Source: Hyphochytrium catenoides (Eukaryota > Protista > Hyphochytriomycota). From it: a DNA stretch of 35,572 bases. How positions within the stretch are numbered: the first letter of the stretch is position 1; every line of letters begins with the position of its first letter. The notes under the pieces are model-generated. The model saw nothing but the letters and a program-made list of their open reading frames with translations, ran no database searches and was not told the origin of the DNA. Shown piece by piece: positions 21,226 to 32,916 of this stretch. Made by a program: the position numbers and the translations under genes. Where the stretch lies: contig FLMG01002106.1 of NCBI GenBank assembly GCA_900088475.1, forward strand, positions 1 through 35,572, in the 5' to 3' direction.

Positions 21226-22023
21226 CGCTATGGACGTTTCCATACAATGGGCAAATGCTGCATGTGTATAGCTCGCCCCATCCTATCCTCCATATGGTGC
21301 CGACAATGCTGGACTATAAGCTGACGTCCACAAGGGCTTCATAATGCACTCTGCTTCCTGATGAGTTCATCGGCGCAGACTCCAGCCGTGGCCTGACTGG
21401 GGCCATGGACAGACGGCCAAGCTCTATGATCCAAGGCTCGTGCTTAGCGAGGTTTGGACGATCCTGAGAGAAAAAGAGGAGCTCTTGTGATTCTGATGGC
21501 CAAAACCTATGCCCTGCCAGCCAGTGTACCTTCACTTGACGACCATTTAAGGGCGAGTGCCGCCCAGGCAAAATGTACCTCCGTATGTATTAGTCGGACT
21601 TAAGCTTTATGAGGCTTATTCTTAGGCCGATTAGCTTGACCGAAAGTCTTTAGGGACTGAAAAGCGACTATATTGGGTGAGGTATAATCAGGGTTCTCAT
21701 GCTTGGGATCATCCCTGTCATTAGTAAAGGACCTGTATAAGGGGACCACGAAGAATAAACCGCTTGGGAGGCACCGTTGACCAGAGTTTACCTGCAGATT
21801 TTTATTGGATTCTCAGTAGTTCCGATCCCCGATTAGCGATGAGGAGGAGATTTTTCATCTGCCATCACAACGCGTGCGGCTTGTGAGGCCTGCTCTGAGG
21901 GTCATCAATAGATGTAGAGCTAATGGAGCTGATGGACGAGTGGGCTAATGGCTGAGTACGTGGCAGGGGTGATGAGGATGACCAGGCCACGATAGTGCAC
22001 AATTTTTTGCTGCTTCGCCCAGG

Positions 22024-25000
22024 ATGTCGTTTCGTATGTCCGCCCGACCGCCGGGTGGCATGGGGACAAGCCCAGGGACAACGAAGGATTTGGCAGAGAA
22101 GGAGAAGCATCAGCGTGGGGCCATGTCAGATATCTTAGTGAAGGAAGAGCCAAAGGAGGAGCCTGCGTCGCTTCTGAGGTGAGGGACAACCCTGCTGTCA
22201 TACTTCGCAATTCGCCATGGTTAAGTCGCTCTGCCAAGCAGATTTGGATCACCTTCGGAGACTGCGTACCGGGATTTTATGCTCAATGTAGACTCGGCGA
22301 ACGGAGGAGAAGGTACCTACTCTAGGATTAGTCTGCCAAACAAGCTGGACGATGTTTCTCAGTTACCTAGCAAGGCCCGACGGTATGTCAACGCCATAAT
22401 ATTCTCTGAGCTTCAGGTAGTGACTATTCTGTTGGACACGAGCAGTCCCTCGCCTTCTTCGGACGTGATCTCAGCACAAAACGCTGCTCAGAAGCTCCAT
22501 AACAAGAGTCACCCAGATCTGATCTTGGCGAGAGAAGCGAAGCCTAGTGAATTGGTTCTCTTTCAAGTTCGTACCACTGAAGACGATATGGGCCTAGGCG
22601 CTTTGGCAAAGCGAAAGGAGTCATGTCAATTACAACTGAACCCTAAGACTGGCACGGTACGTCACATATCTCCTACCAGCTCAACACTAAAGGTGAAGGC
22701 GGATCGCTAACATATGTCTGCCCCGCCGGATGCATAGATTTCGTTCATATACTCGCGAGACGTAAGGCAGAAGTTCTCAATCAGCAAGGTGGTTACCCGT
22801 GATGCGTTGACCACCAAGACTGCAATGCATTTAACGGCTCATAGAGGTAAATAGCTTTCTGATTCGAGTCGAGCGCCGTTAGGAGAGTTGCTCAGCAGTT
22901 CTCTGAACCTGCGTCCGCATTTTGCAATGTATATGTCTTTCCTCCTGGCCTCTTTCTCGCTCTGCAGCGGTTGGGATGCCAGTCAGCAAGCGGATTGTCT
23001 TTGAAAATGTGATTGATAAAAAGCGCTTTGTGGAGATGTTAGAGACCTGCAAGAGAAACGTCACCCGTGGAGTAACCATCTATGCAGAGATGCAGATGCA
23101 CATTGTAAGTCATTGCATGTCAGCATTACGTAGTCCCAGCATCTCATTCTCTTGCTTGTCTCACATTGGTCTTTCCCAAAGCACGATATCACGCCTTCCA
23201 ACTACCAAGACACCACAGACCTAAATATCACGCTTTGTGGAGGAGAGACTGTTCTCGCGAAGGTGGAACGAGCCACTTCTCTAGTCTGCTTCTCCAATGG
23301 GGAGCGAGCCATTCAGGGTTTACTGCTTATAACAAACTTCAGACTGAAGTTCCTCCCTTACAGAGATGGAGTCGGCCAAGTGCCACATGAAAGTGTTATT
23401 GGGGCTTTTGATTTACCGTACGCGGCGGTAACGCAGCTTCAGCGAGATGGAATGCTCGTTGTCTTCACGTCTGCTGAGTGTAGAACCGTCCGTCTCACCG
23501 TACATGATGCCGTCATCGTATATGCTGACCCAAACGGACCCCTGAGCTCCACACAAGCGCTCCAGGAGGTACAAAGGAGAGAGATGATTCCATCAAGGTT
23601 TAACCTTAACTTCAACTCTCGGGGCCGCAGCAAACTGGGCTTTCCAGACTCCACTACCACTGAGACGCAGACCCACAGGAACATCGACCCAGCCCTCCTC
23701 GAAGTCTTTGGGATAGATATAACGTCGCCAACACCTCTTCGAAAATCTGCAGAGAGTGGAAATTCTATCACTGGACACTATGTTGCAGAGGAATCCGTCT
23801 CTTCTTTTCCCAGTATGCGTGGAAGCAATCTGGACTGGGTGGATGACCTGTTCCAACGGCTCGAAATGCTTGCCTTTCCCCCCTCTCACCCTCATTCACT
23901 TTTTGCTTTCCGCTACAAGCCACCAGGCGTCCGACCTAATGAGAACGGATGGTTCCTTTACAAGCCGTGGGAGGAGTGGCTGAGGCTTGGGTTGGCATCC
24001 CTGAGGTCTGAAGAGGATGCGGGTCAATGGAGAATACTGAAGAACAGCACCTTCAACTTCAGCCCCACCTATCCTAAGGTTTCCACAGCGCCTATCGCTT
24101 GTTCGTCCTTATTGCCTAAGATCATTCGCCGGTCTTCGCCAGAACTTAGCATCTGCTTCCAGCCATTCCCCATGCTATGAGGACATTCTGTCTGTTCAGT
24201 TCTTCTATCTGCGACTATTGCCTGATTGACTGCTTCCATTGTCTGTTTCCGGTCTCTATGTGTTGAACGTTTGTTGGTTGCCCGGTACAACTCCTTCCAC
24301 CTTGGGTTCTTATGCTTGCCCACTCTTGCACTCAAGGAAGCTAATTCCGTTCCTTCAATAGTGGTTTGTAGTGCCAGCCGCGCTTTCCGATGAAGAGTTG
24401 CTGGAGGCTTGCACCTTCAGAAGCAAGGGCAGGTTGCCTGTCGTTGTATGGCGCCATCCGGTCCACAAATGTGTACTAGTTAGGGGCTCCCAACCGTGCA
24501 TTGGGATTGCCGGTCGATCAAGCCTCGCGGATCAGAAGCTTCTAAGGGCCTATAGAGCAGCAGGTGCCAAGACATCGAGCGCCAGCGACCTTGCAACCTT
24601 GTACATCTTGGATGCCAGGAAACCGCTTGCCACGCAAGGAAACAAGATGATAGGGAAAGGTCAAAGTCTTCTTCCCTTTCCACACTTCCTCAAGTCTTTC
24701 CTTTCGTTCCACTTATATCTTTCCTTGTCGAGTCGATCTTCTTGCTTTTCGCTTCCTGCTGGCCTATATGCGTTTGTGCGTGCCGACTAACTATGAGTGC
24801 ATAGGCGTGGAAGATCCAATTATATATGATGCAGAGGTAGAGTTTCTGGGCTTGGCAAACATACATAAGATTAGGGAGTCCATCAATGCTCTATCAGGTG
24901 ATGTCTATACCTCGACCAAAGCGTCGTTGACTCCTAATGACTGACCTTCCATACTGTTCTTGCACTCCCTCTACCTCCCTCGGTATCACTGCAGTACTCC

Positions 25001-27118
25001 TTGAGCCAAAGGTAACGGAAGCTGACAATAATAGCAACAAGACCTTTCTCACCCGGCTACAAGGCAGGTTTCGGTCTCATTCTGCTGTCGCCTTGACCTT
25101 CCGCTGACTTAACCATATGTGTTCTCTCTTCCTGCGCTGCCATACAACCCATAGCTACCGGTTGGTTGAAGCATGTGATGAAGATTTTGGCTGGAGCGGT
25201 CCGCATCGCGCTTTTGCTCCAAGAGTCATCCTCCTCGGTGGTAGTTCATTGCAGTGATGGCTGGGATCGAACTCCCCAATTGACTGCCACGGCACAGCTG
25301 CTTCTAGATCCCTATTATCGGACTATTAAGGGCTTCGCCGTGCTCATTGAGAAGGAATTCTGCTCGTTCGGCCACAAGGTATAGTTTGGATAGTAGACTT
25401 TCGTTATTCTAGTTGTAAGCCTGCTCCTTTCAGTTGCGGTCGCTATCTCCTACGCCTTCTCTCATTCAAAGCCATTATTCTTCCTAGTGGACGCCAAAGT
25501 ACATTGAGTCTGAAAAGTTCAGGGCCCTTTCTAACGTTCTCAATCCTGTCTCCTATCACTGCACTAGTTCTCAGACAGGATTGGGGTCGGGCGTAGGCCA
25601 GAAGATATGGAGAGAGAGCGGTCTCCGATCATGCTCCAGTGGCTTGACGTGGTTTATCAAGTGATGCGACAATTTCCTTCAGCCTTCGAGTTTGATGAGA
25701 AATTATTGCTCCATGTATCCGACTCTCTCTCCTCTGGCCTCTATGGCACTTTCCTCTGCAACACGGAAAAAGAGAGGACAGACTTGAAGCTCTGGGAGTG
25801 TACAGTCTCCGTATGGACACCTGTCCTCGTGAGCATCAACTCTTTCCTTAACCCTCGATATCAACCGGTGGAAGACGTTCTCTGGCCTCGGGCCAATGAG
25901 AAGAAGGTGGTGCTCTGGGAGAGCTTCTTCTTTCGCTATGACCCCGAAAACTCACCCGCTCTGACTACTTCCTTCCCAACTCCTCACTCGGTCGAGCTGG
26001 CGCTCAAGCCGTCCTTACAAAAAGAGAAAACAACTTCACCACTCTCCGCCCTCGGTGGCTTTTCTCAACGGCCTTGGAGCGTGGATGACATCTCTGAGAG
26101 TAGGAGTACAACGGCTAAAGGGCTCGATGGTCTGGCCCAAGAAACTCCACGCTTTAGTAGCAGCGGGAGAGTGAGAGCCGTGACACGGGCCAGCACTGGT
26201 GCCCTTTCTAACTTGCAGGCGGTGGCATCTGCTCTTCTTAGACGAAACAGCTTAGGAAGTAATAGCGCTGGTCCCCTCTCTCGTAGTGGATCTCAAGACT
26301 TGGGAAGAGGCTCGGAGATGGATTCTGAGCTCAGCAGCTCTCCTCCCCATCACCAGTGGTCAGAAAGAGTGAGCCTAGAAAGCAAGAGCGCGTCTTTATC
26401 GACCCCTGCCATGCTAGAGCAGTCAGCATTGGACTATGACGAGGACACGTTTGAGGACATGCTCTCACGCAACTGCAGCATCATTGTGAGTGCAGAGAGG
26501 CAGCAATCTTACTTGGATAGAGATACCAATGACAACGAGATCCCTGAAGCTGACGAACTGGCTCTAGGCGAGGAAAGAGATGAGGAGAGACTGGAGGAGG
26601 GACCGACTGCCATCTCTGCTGGTTCGTCTCCATCTCCAACCATATCGGTGGCAATACCTGGGCTTGAGGACCCAAGGAGAACCACCCGCTCCCAGTCTGA
26701 ACCCGTTTCCGGCTCACCCTCTGACTACGTCAAGAGTTATCGCACGCTGAGGAACTGTCTTAAATCTGCTTCACGGCGGGCCAGAAGGAGAGACCAGGTC
26801 CAGCAGGTTCTTTCCTCGCTCAAGCACCTGAGACCAGATGCGCAAGTCAAATATCTCCACAAGCTACTAGCGGAGAGCGTTGCTAGAGAGCTCCAGCTCG
26901 AGGAAGGAGTCAGAGCTGCCGCATCCATTGCCCAGCCTCAATCTGTCTCACTACAAAGGGCTGATAGCGCACGCAGCGAAGCTTCTTTCGCTGTCGAAGA
27001 CTCGTCTCCCCTTTCTACCCTATGGGGCCCGTATGGCCACCTCTCTCCCTCTGAAGTCAGTGAAGGTTCCCTGGGAGAGCTTCCTACGCAGGTGCAAATA
27101 GAGGGACCTAGACCCTGA
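22024..27118 (+). CDS. Myotubularin-family phosphoinositide 3-phosphatase (active type)
   Basis: PH-GRAM (LCGGETVL...[13 protein letters not shown]), [26 protein letters not shown]|[38 protein letters not shown], catalytic [42 protein letters not shown]|[27 protein letters not shown]. Start inferred ([10 protein letters not shown]). A further 3' intron at CAG|GTGCAA (~27092) could change the last residues. Confidence 0.93.
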
Positions 27119-27622
27119 CTTTCTCTTCTCTTCTTTTCCCTTCTCCCCCTAAAATTTTCCTTTCTAGAGTCCAATCGGCGCACTTCCTCTCTTCTTTCCC
27201 AGTCTGGCGGCTTGCTCATCTGCAGCTTCTCCTTCTCTCCTCACACTCGTTCTCCAGTCCACTCTAGTGTGGATTTTACTCTAGTAGATCTCTCTCTCTC
27301 TTTTCCATAGAGTTATAGATGCTCTGTCTTATTTATCAATGGTGCCAGCGTGCAGCAATAAATTATTTGGTCCCGACCCGCGTATGCACAGTGTTCCTTT
27401 TTCACAACCATCATCTCTCTCCCTCCCTCTCTCTCTTTCATTTTTTCTCTTCTTCTTCTCTCTCTCTCTTCTCGAACGCTCGTACCCATTCGTGCAATAT
27501 TGTCCATCTGCTTCTGTTCCTCCAACCCTATCTCTGGACGTTGTTCAATACCCTGAGAGTTGAGCGGCGGGCGATCCAAAGCACGTATTCCTTTCTTGTT
27601 CGCTTGCGGGCTTCAGTTCTCC

Positions 27623-27661
<39 letters not shown>

Positions 27662-27810
27662 TCTCTCTCGTTCTCTCTCTCTCCCTCATCTTTCTTTTGC
27701 TCTCTCATATTTCCCTCCTCCCGTCTTCGACACTTGGGGAATGAGAGACGGCCTTTCTCGTCTTTTCTCCTGTGTGAGGTGCTCATAGCTTTGTTTCCTC
27801 GAGGAGTGGG

Positions 27811-28555
27811 TCATCTTGAGTCCGCCTGGACTTTCTCTGTTTCTTTTAGCCTCTCATCTGCCTCCAGAGGTTGAAGCAAATACAGGGCCTCCACCGCCTT
27901 CCACACTACCGAGTCCTCACTTTGGACTAGGCGTTACGAAANNNNNNNNNNNNNNNNNNNNNNNNNNNNNNNNNNNGAGAGAGAGAGAGAGAGAGTAAGC
28001 GTGATAAAGAGAAGCTCAACAGACAGGATAACGAGAACGAGGAAGAAGATAGAGCATGTCGCCGGGTACTTAGAAGAAGAAAGAGGGAGAGCACTAGAAG
28101 ATGAGAGAGAGACAGGAGAGAGAGAGAAGGAGAGACAGAGAGAGACAGTGAGACAGCAAGGGCAAAATAAAGTGCAGAGAAGGAAAAGAGCGGAAAGAGA
28201 GAGAGGAGAGTACACCATCGAGGAGTGAGAGAGAGGTCAAGGCGGAGGTGCAAGAAAGAGTACATCCGACACCAAAGGCCCTACCTGCAGATATGCTGCT
28301 GGCCTGGACCATAGCCGAGAGCCAGTCCTCCTCGCTTTGGAAGACAAGAGATGCCTCTTCGCTGTGCATCACGGGCCTCTCTCCTCTCTCCCCTTCATCT
28401 GCGGCCGCATCCACCATAGCAGCGTACCAAGCGTCGTCATCGCTCTCTTCCTCTTCTTCGCTCTCTCTCTTTATTTCTTCCTCTAGCTTCTGACGCTTTC
28501 TCTGCTGCTCAATCTCTGTCTCTGACGGCTTCTCCCCGCTGCTTCTCTCTTCCAT
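27811..28555 (-). CDS. Small acidic hypothetical protein (two exons; upstream exons possible)
   Basis: MEERSSGEKP...EEEESDDDAWYAAMVDAAA...EEDWLSAMVQASSISA joins via phase-1 G|gtaggg...cctag to VQSEDSVVWKAVEALYLLQPLEADERLKETEKVQADSR-TGA; the intron spans an N gap. Confidence 0.55.
27942..27975. other. Assembly gap (N run) abutting (GA)n
   Basis: N run seen directly. Confidence 0.99.
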
Positions 28556-28878
28556 ATTCAGAGAGTTTATAACAGAGATCGGAGAGAGAGAAGAGAATGT
28601 TGGGAAGAGTGAGGAAGAGAAGTAAGGAGAGAGAGAACCAGAGTGTCGTTATCAATCCATTGAGACAGTGACAGCCATTTGGAAGAGAACGGGAGCGAGC
28701 GCTTGAGCGAGAGAGAGAGAGAGAGGGTTTCGATGAGGGAGAGCGAGGGCAAAAGGGAGAGAGAGCGATGGGAAGAGAGATTGAGGTTGAAGATCAGATT
28801 GAGACGGAGACAGAGACAGCAGAAGGGAGAAGAAATAGAGAGAGAAACGCGGAAAAGGAGAGAGAGAGAGAGAGAGAG

Positions 28879-28931
28879 NNNNNNNNNNNNNNNNNNNNNN
28901 NNNNNNNNNNNNNNNNNNNNNNNNNNNNNNN
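28879..28931. other. Assembly gap (N run) inside a (GA)n tract
   Basis: N run flanked on both sides by GA repeats. Confidence 0.99.
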
Positions 28932-29535
28932 AGAAAGAGAGAGAGAGAGAGTGAAGAGAGATGGTCTTTCCCTAGGAAACATCTCTCCAGTCGTTGTCAG
29001 TGCTTCTGATGTCAAGCTTGGGTGACATGAACTTTATATTTCAACGTTCGGGATGAAATCTATAAGGCCATCATCCAAATAGCTGTCATTGAAAGGTTTC
29101 GGCCAAAGTTGAAGTAAAAGCTTCAGGAAACAAAGCTCTTCGTTTTTCAGGCTTGCGGTGCTTGGTTCTGATCTTCCTACAGTAGCTCCTTCGTCTCTCT
29201 CTCTCAATCTCTCTCTCTTTCTCTCCCTTATTTTTTCTCTCTCTCTTCATCTCTGTTTTGGGCTCTCTTCCTGCTCTTGGCGGCTTTCCGTTGTGTCCGT
29301 CTCTTCTCTCCGCTGCTGGAGCCATTGTCTCCAGTCGCAGATGCAGCAACGAAGAGAAAGTACATCTTGACAGTGCCAGAACACGGTTGAGAGTAGAAGA
29401 GACAGAGGCAACATGTGATAGTTGAGAAACAAGGAGAGAGACAGAGACAGAGACAGAGAACTAGTAAGAGAAGAGAGAGGGAAACAGGATCGATAGAAAG
29501 GGAGACCAAGTGACCCTGTGAGGGAAGGGGACAGC

Positions 29536-32490
29536 ATGTCAGCACTCCATCTCTCTACCACCCTGAGCACCTTCATCTTGGGAGCTGCCACCGCGATCCT
29601 TCTCTCTCATCTCAACCTCCTCCGAAGCTCCTCGGCGGCCCGAGGAAGGGACCAAGGGACAGAGGATGCAAGAGGAAAGGAAGGAAGAAAAAGGCAAACC
29701 GAGGAAGAAGATGAAAGAGGCGCCGCGGACTATGTCAGTCTCTCCAATGTGCCTAATCAATGACCATTGCCTTCTTTCCTGCTCTCTTTCTTCTCTCCTC
29801 ACCTTCTTCTTTCTGGCCGCATCTGTGCTCTTTTCCCTCGGTTTTCTCTTCTCTCTTTCTCTTTCTCTCCCTCTGTGTCTCTCTCTTTCTTTCCCATCTC
29901 TCTCTCACTTCTCTCTACACCGAGCCCTAGCGGCCTTCCTCCCGCAACATCTCACATCCTCTCTTCCTCTTACCCTTCCAATATCAGAAAGCAATGTACG
30001 AGCGGGCAGAAAAGCTCAGAGCTGAAGAAAGAACAGGCAGAACAGCAGCGGAAAGAGTAAGTTGATGTACCTTCCAGCTCCTTCTCTTCTTCTTCTGTCT
30101 ACCTTTCTCTCTCTTTTCGCCGGCGCGGTCGTTGACCTCGAGTCTCTCTCTCTATCTTTGTCGAGTCAATCTTCCTGTCCCTCTGTCTTCTCTTTCTCTT
30201 GTCAACAATGGCAGTTCCTTAGGTCTTTTTCTCTTCTGACTTCTCTACTGTCACTAGGAAATGGCTCTCTCTCCCTGACACGGCTAACCGCCATCGCTTC
30301 CTCGTCCCTTCTCCTGCTCCTGGGCTCATCCCGGGCTCCAGGAGATACGTCGATTGCTTCAGAGTCAGCAGCAGAGCTCAGGCTTTAGCTTCAAAGCCAT
30401 CGGCACCGTCAGCTCCTGCTTCAGAGACCGAAGAGGTAGGGCGGAGAGGAACGAATAGATTCTTTTCTCAGTCTTCTCTAGCCTTGACCTACCGCTGTCA
30501 GTCCTTCATATGATCCTACCTTCTCAATGCCCGCGGTCATTCTTTTTGCCCTTCTGCCGGGAAAGGAGGAGAGGAAAGCTCTCATAACCTTAGAACGTGG
30601 TCAGACCTAGATCATAAGGCTAACGTATTATCCTTCTATGTCTTTTTAATTCTTCTTTTTCTTCTCGCTCTCTCGTTCTGTCGGGGTCTTCTCTCCAAGA
30701 CCGGCAACCTATGACCCTCTAGGCTTCTAACGCTCTGCTTTGTTCGGCCAGGCACTCCACGGCAGGGCTCTCTGGCTCCCGCGACGCGAGCCATCATTCG
30801 GATGGACCCGTCACTGGCTCCCTCTGCCTCTCTTGAAGGCCTAGAACAGTTCTCGCACCTCTGGATCCTCTTTGTGTTCCACGAGAACACCAATAGCGGC
30901 AAGCATAGCAAAGAGAAAGGAGGAGGTTTGCCCTCCAAGGTGTCTCCACCTAGGTGAGACAAAGATCTCAATGACCCAGTAGGCGACACTTTTTGGCCCT
31001 TGTTCCCATATCGCTGACTTCCAGAGCTCATGTGCTGCATGCTCTCGCTCTCTCTTGAGTTTCCCACCTACTTTCCACTCTCTATTCTGTCTCGTTGCTC
31101 TCTCTCAGTCGGACCTGTCTTCCTCTCCTTGCCCTCTCACTCCCTCTCTCTTGTTTTTCTTCTAAGCCTGCTCCTATCTTGTCTTTTTTTCTTTCAGGCT
31201 AGGAGCCAAGGTTGGCCTGTTCTCCACTCGGACTCCACACAGACCCAACCCCATAGGACTGACAGTAGTGAAGCTGGATAAAGTAGATGACAAGAGGTGG
31301 GAGGCACACCTCGCAATAGACGCTTTCTTGCTCCTGATGCCAGGGCCACTCTGTTCAACTCCGCCTTCTCTCCATTCTGCTGCTGAAGTATCTCCTACTC
31401 TGTCTTCCACGTTTCATATCTATATATCTTGCGGAAGCGTTGGTATGCGAAGATCTGTCTGTACTTTCTCGCTTATTCCTCTTCTCTCTCGTACTCTCCC
31501 TTTCTCCCCTTGTATTGCGTCTCTCTTTCTTTCGTTCTCTCTGAGGTTTGTTCTCTCTCCCGTTTACACTTTTCTAGTCCAACGCTTCACTTGGCATTCC
31601 CTGCTGCGCATCCTGGTGCCATCTCTCTCCTCTGACGCACTACGGACCCTTGCTAGTTGTAGCCTCTACATATCGGGACACGATCTGGTGCACGGCACGC
31701 CGGTGCTGGATGTCAAGCCTTACATTCCTTATGATAAGGTAGACAACCTCGTGGTGCCGCCCTGGATCCCTGAAGCCTCTGTGGAGCAGAAGAGAGTGAC
31801 CTGGGAGCCAAGGTAAGGGCTTTCCCACTTTCGTACCCTCCCCTTTCTTCCTTATGGTGTCTTCCTTTCTCTCTTTTAGATTGGCCTATGTCACTGCCCC
31901 TCAGTTGCTTTACTCTGTCCTTCAACTGTTCTAGTATGTACTGACATTCTCTTTCCCTCCTTCTTCTCTCTCTCGCTCGCTCACACACACTCTCTCTCTC
32001 TCTTACGCGATCTCATTTGTTTATTCTTGTCGGTGCGTGTATGTCTCCTCTCTCTCTCTTCTATCAGCGCCCGTCAAGGGCTGGAAAGGATAGTGAACGC
32101 CGGCAAACTCTCTTTCTTCAATGATGTAACCTCCATATCAGAAGCAATAGAACAGGTGCCCTAGCCAAGACCAAGGGCTTCCTAGACTAGTCTGCGCTTT
32201 GGTCACTCCTTTTCACGCTTCTAAGCATGCCATCTCCTCCTTTCTTGCCTCTCTCCCCTGCCCTCTTCTTCATCTGCAAAGTCTGAAGTATTGTCCAAAG
32301 CTGTTGATCATCGATCCCTGACTCCTGACCTGCTCTGTAGGTGCTAGTGCTTGACATTAGAAGCGTTCATCAAGGGCGAGGCCAAGCCGATGTCGCTCGC
32401 CCTTACTCTTTCCATTTAGATGCGCTTCTGATAGAGTTCGTTACGTATGATGAGGAAGTAAGAATCACTGGAGTCTCTCTCAGCCCATAG
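29536..32490 (+). CDS. TRMO: tRNA (N6-threonylcarbamoyladenosine37-N6)-methyltransferase TrmO/TsaA (8 exons)
   Basis: Spliced motifs: FKAIGTVSSCFRDRR|GTPRQGSLAP, LEGLEQFSHLWILFVFHEN, KVSPPR|LGAKVGLFSTRTPHRPNPIGLTVVKL, LYISGHDLVHGTPVLDVKPYIPYD, AIEQ|VLVLDIRS; all junctions GT-AG and in phase; TAG 32488-32490. Confidence 0.95.
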
Positions 32491-32916
32491 GGCACAGATA
32501 TCATCACCCTTTCGTCCAACGCCTCCCCAGACACACTAGCCTTGCCGGACTAGGGAGGACAAGACTCTAAAGGAGACAGAGCAAGAGAAGAGAAGCGGAT
32601 GAGGTGAGAGCGATTGACAGAGGCACAAAGCAGCAAGGGAGTCCACAAGCCAGATATGTGGACTTCTACCCGTGTGCGGAGAACGTGGAGCGTAACTTGC
32701 AACTAATTAGCGTCAAATGCCTTAAGTTCCCATTCTCAGGCCCTCTCTTCACTCAGTACCGGGCAAGGATACCCCATCAGCGTCGAAGGAGCGGTCAGGA
32801 GAGCCAGGGAAGACGTCTGAGTATGTTGAGAAATATCATGATAAAGAGACTTTACACTACCGAGCCAGGACATCTTCCCCCTACGACTATACAGCTGTCT
32901 GATGTCCTGTTCGCCG

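Noticed and set aside
21839-21898. C/D box snoRNA-like ATGAGGA...CTGA (and TGATGA...CTGA at ~14064-14180)
   Set aside because: No clear terminal stem and no rRNA-complementary guide that I could recognise; motifs this short occur by chance.
27313-30388. Many Leu/Ser- or Arg/Glu-rich ORFs (also at 204-766, 7497-7979, 10430-10995)
   Set aside because: Translations of CT/GA microsatellite-rich introns and spacers.
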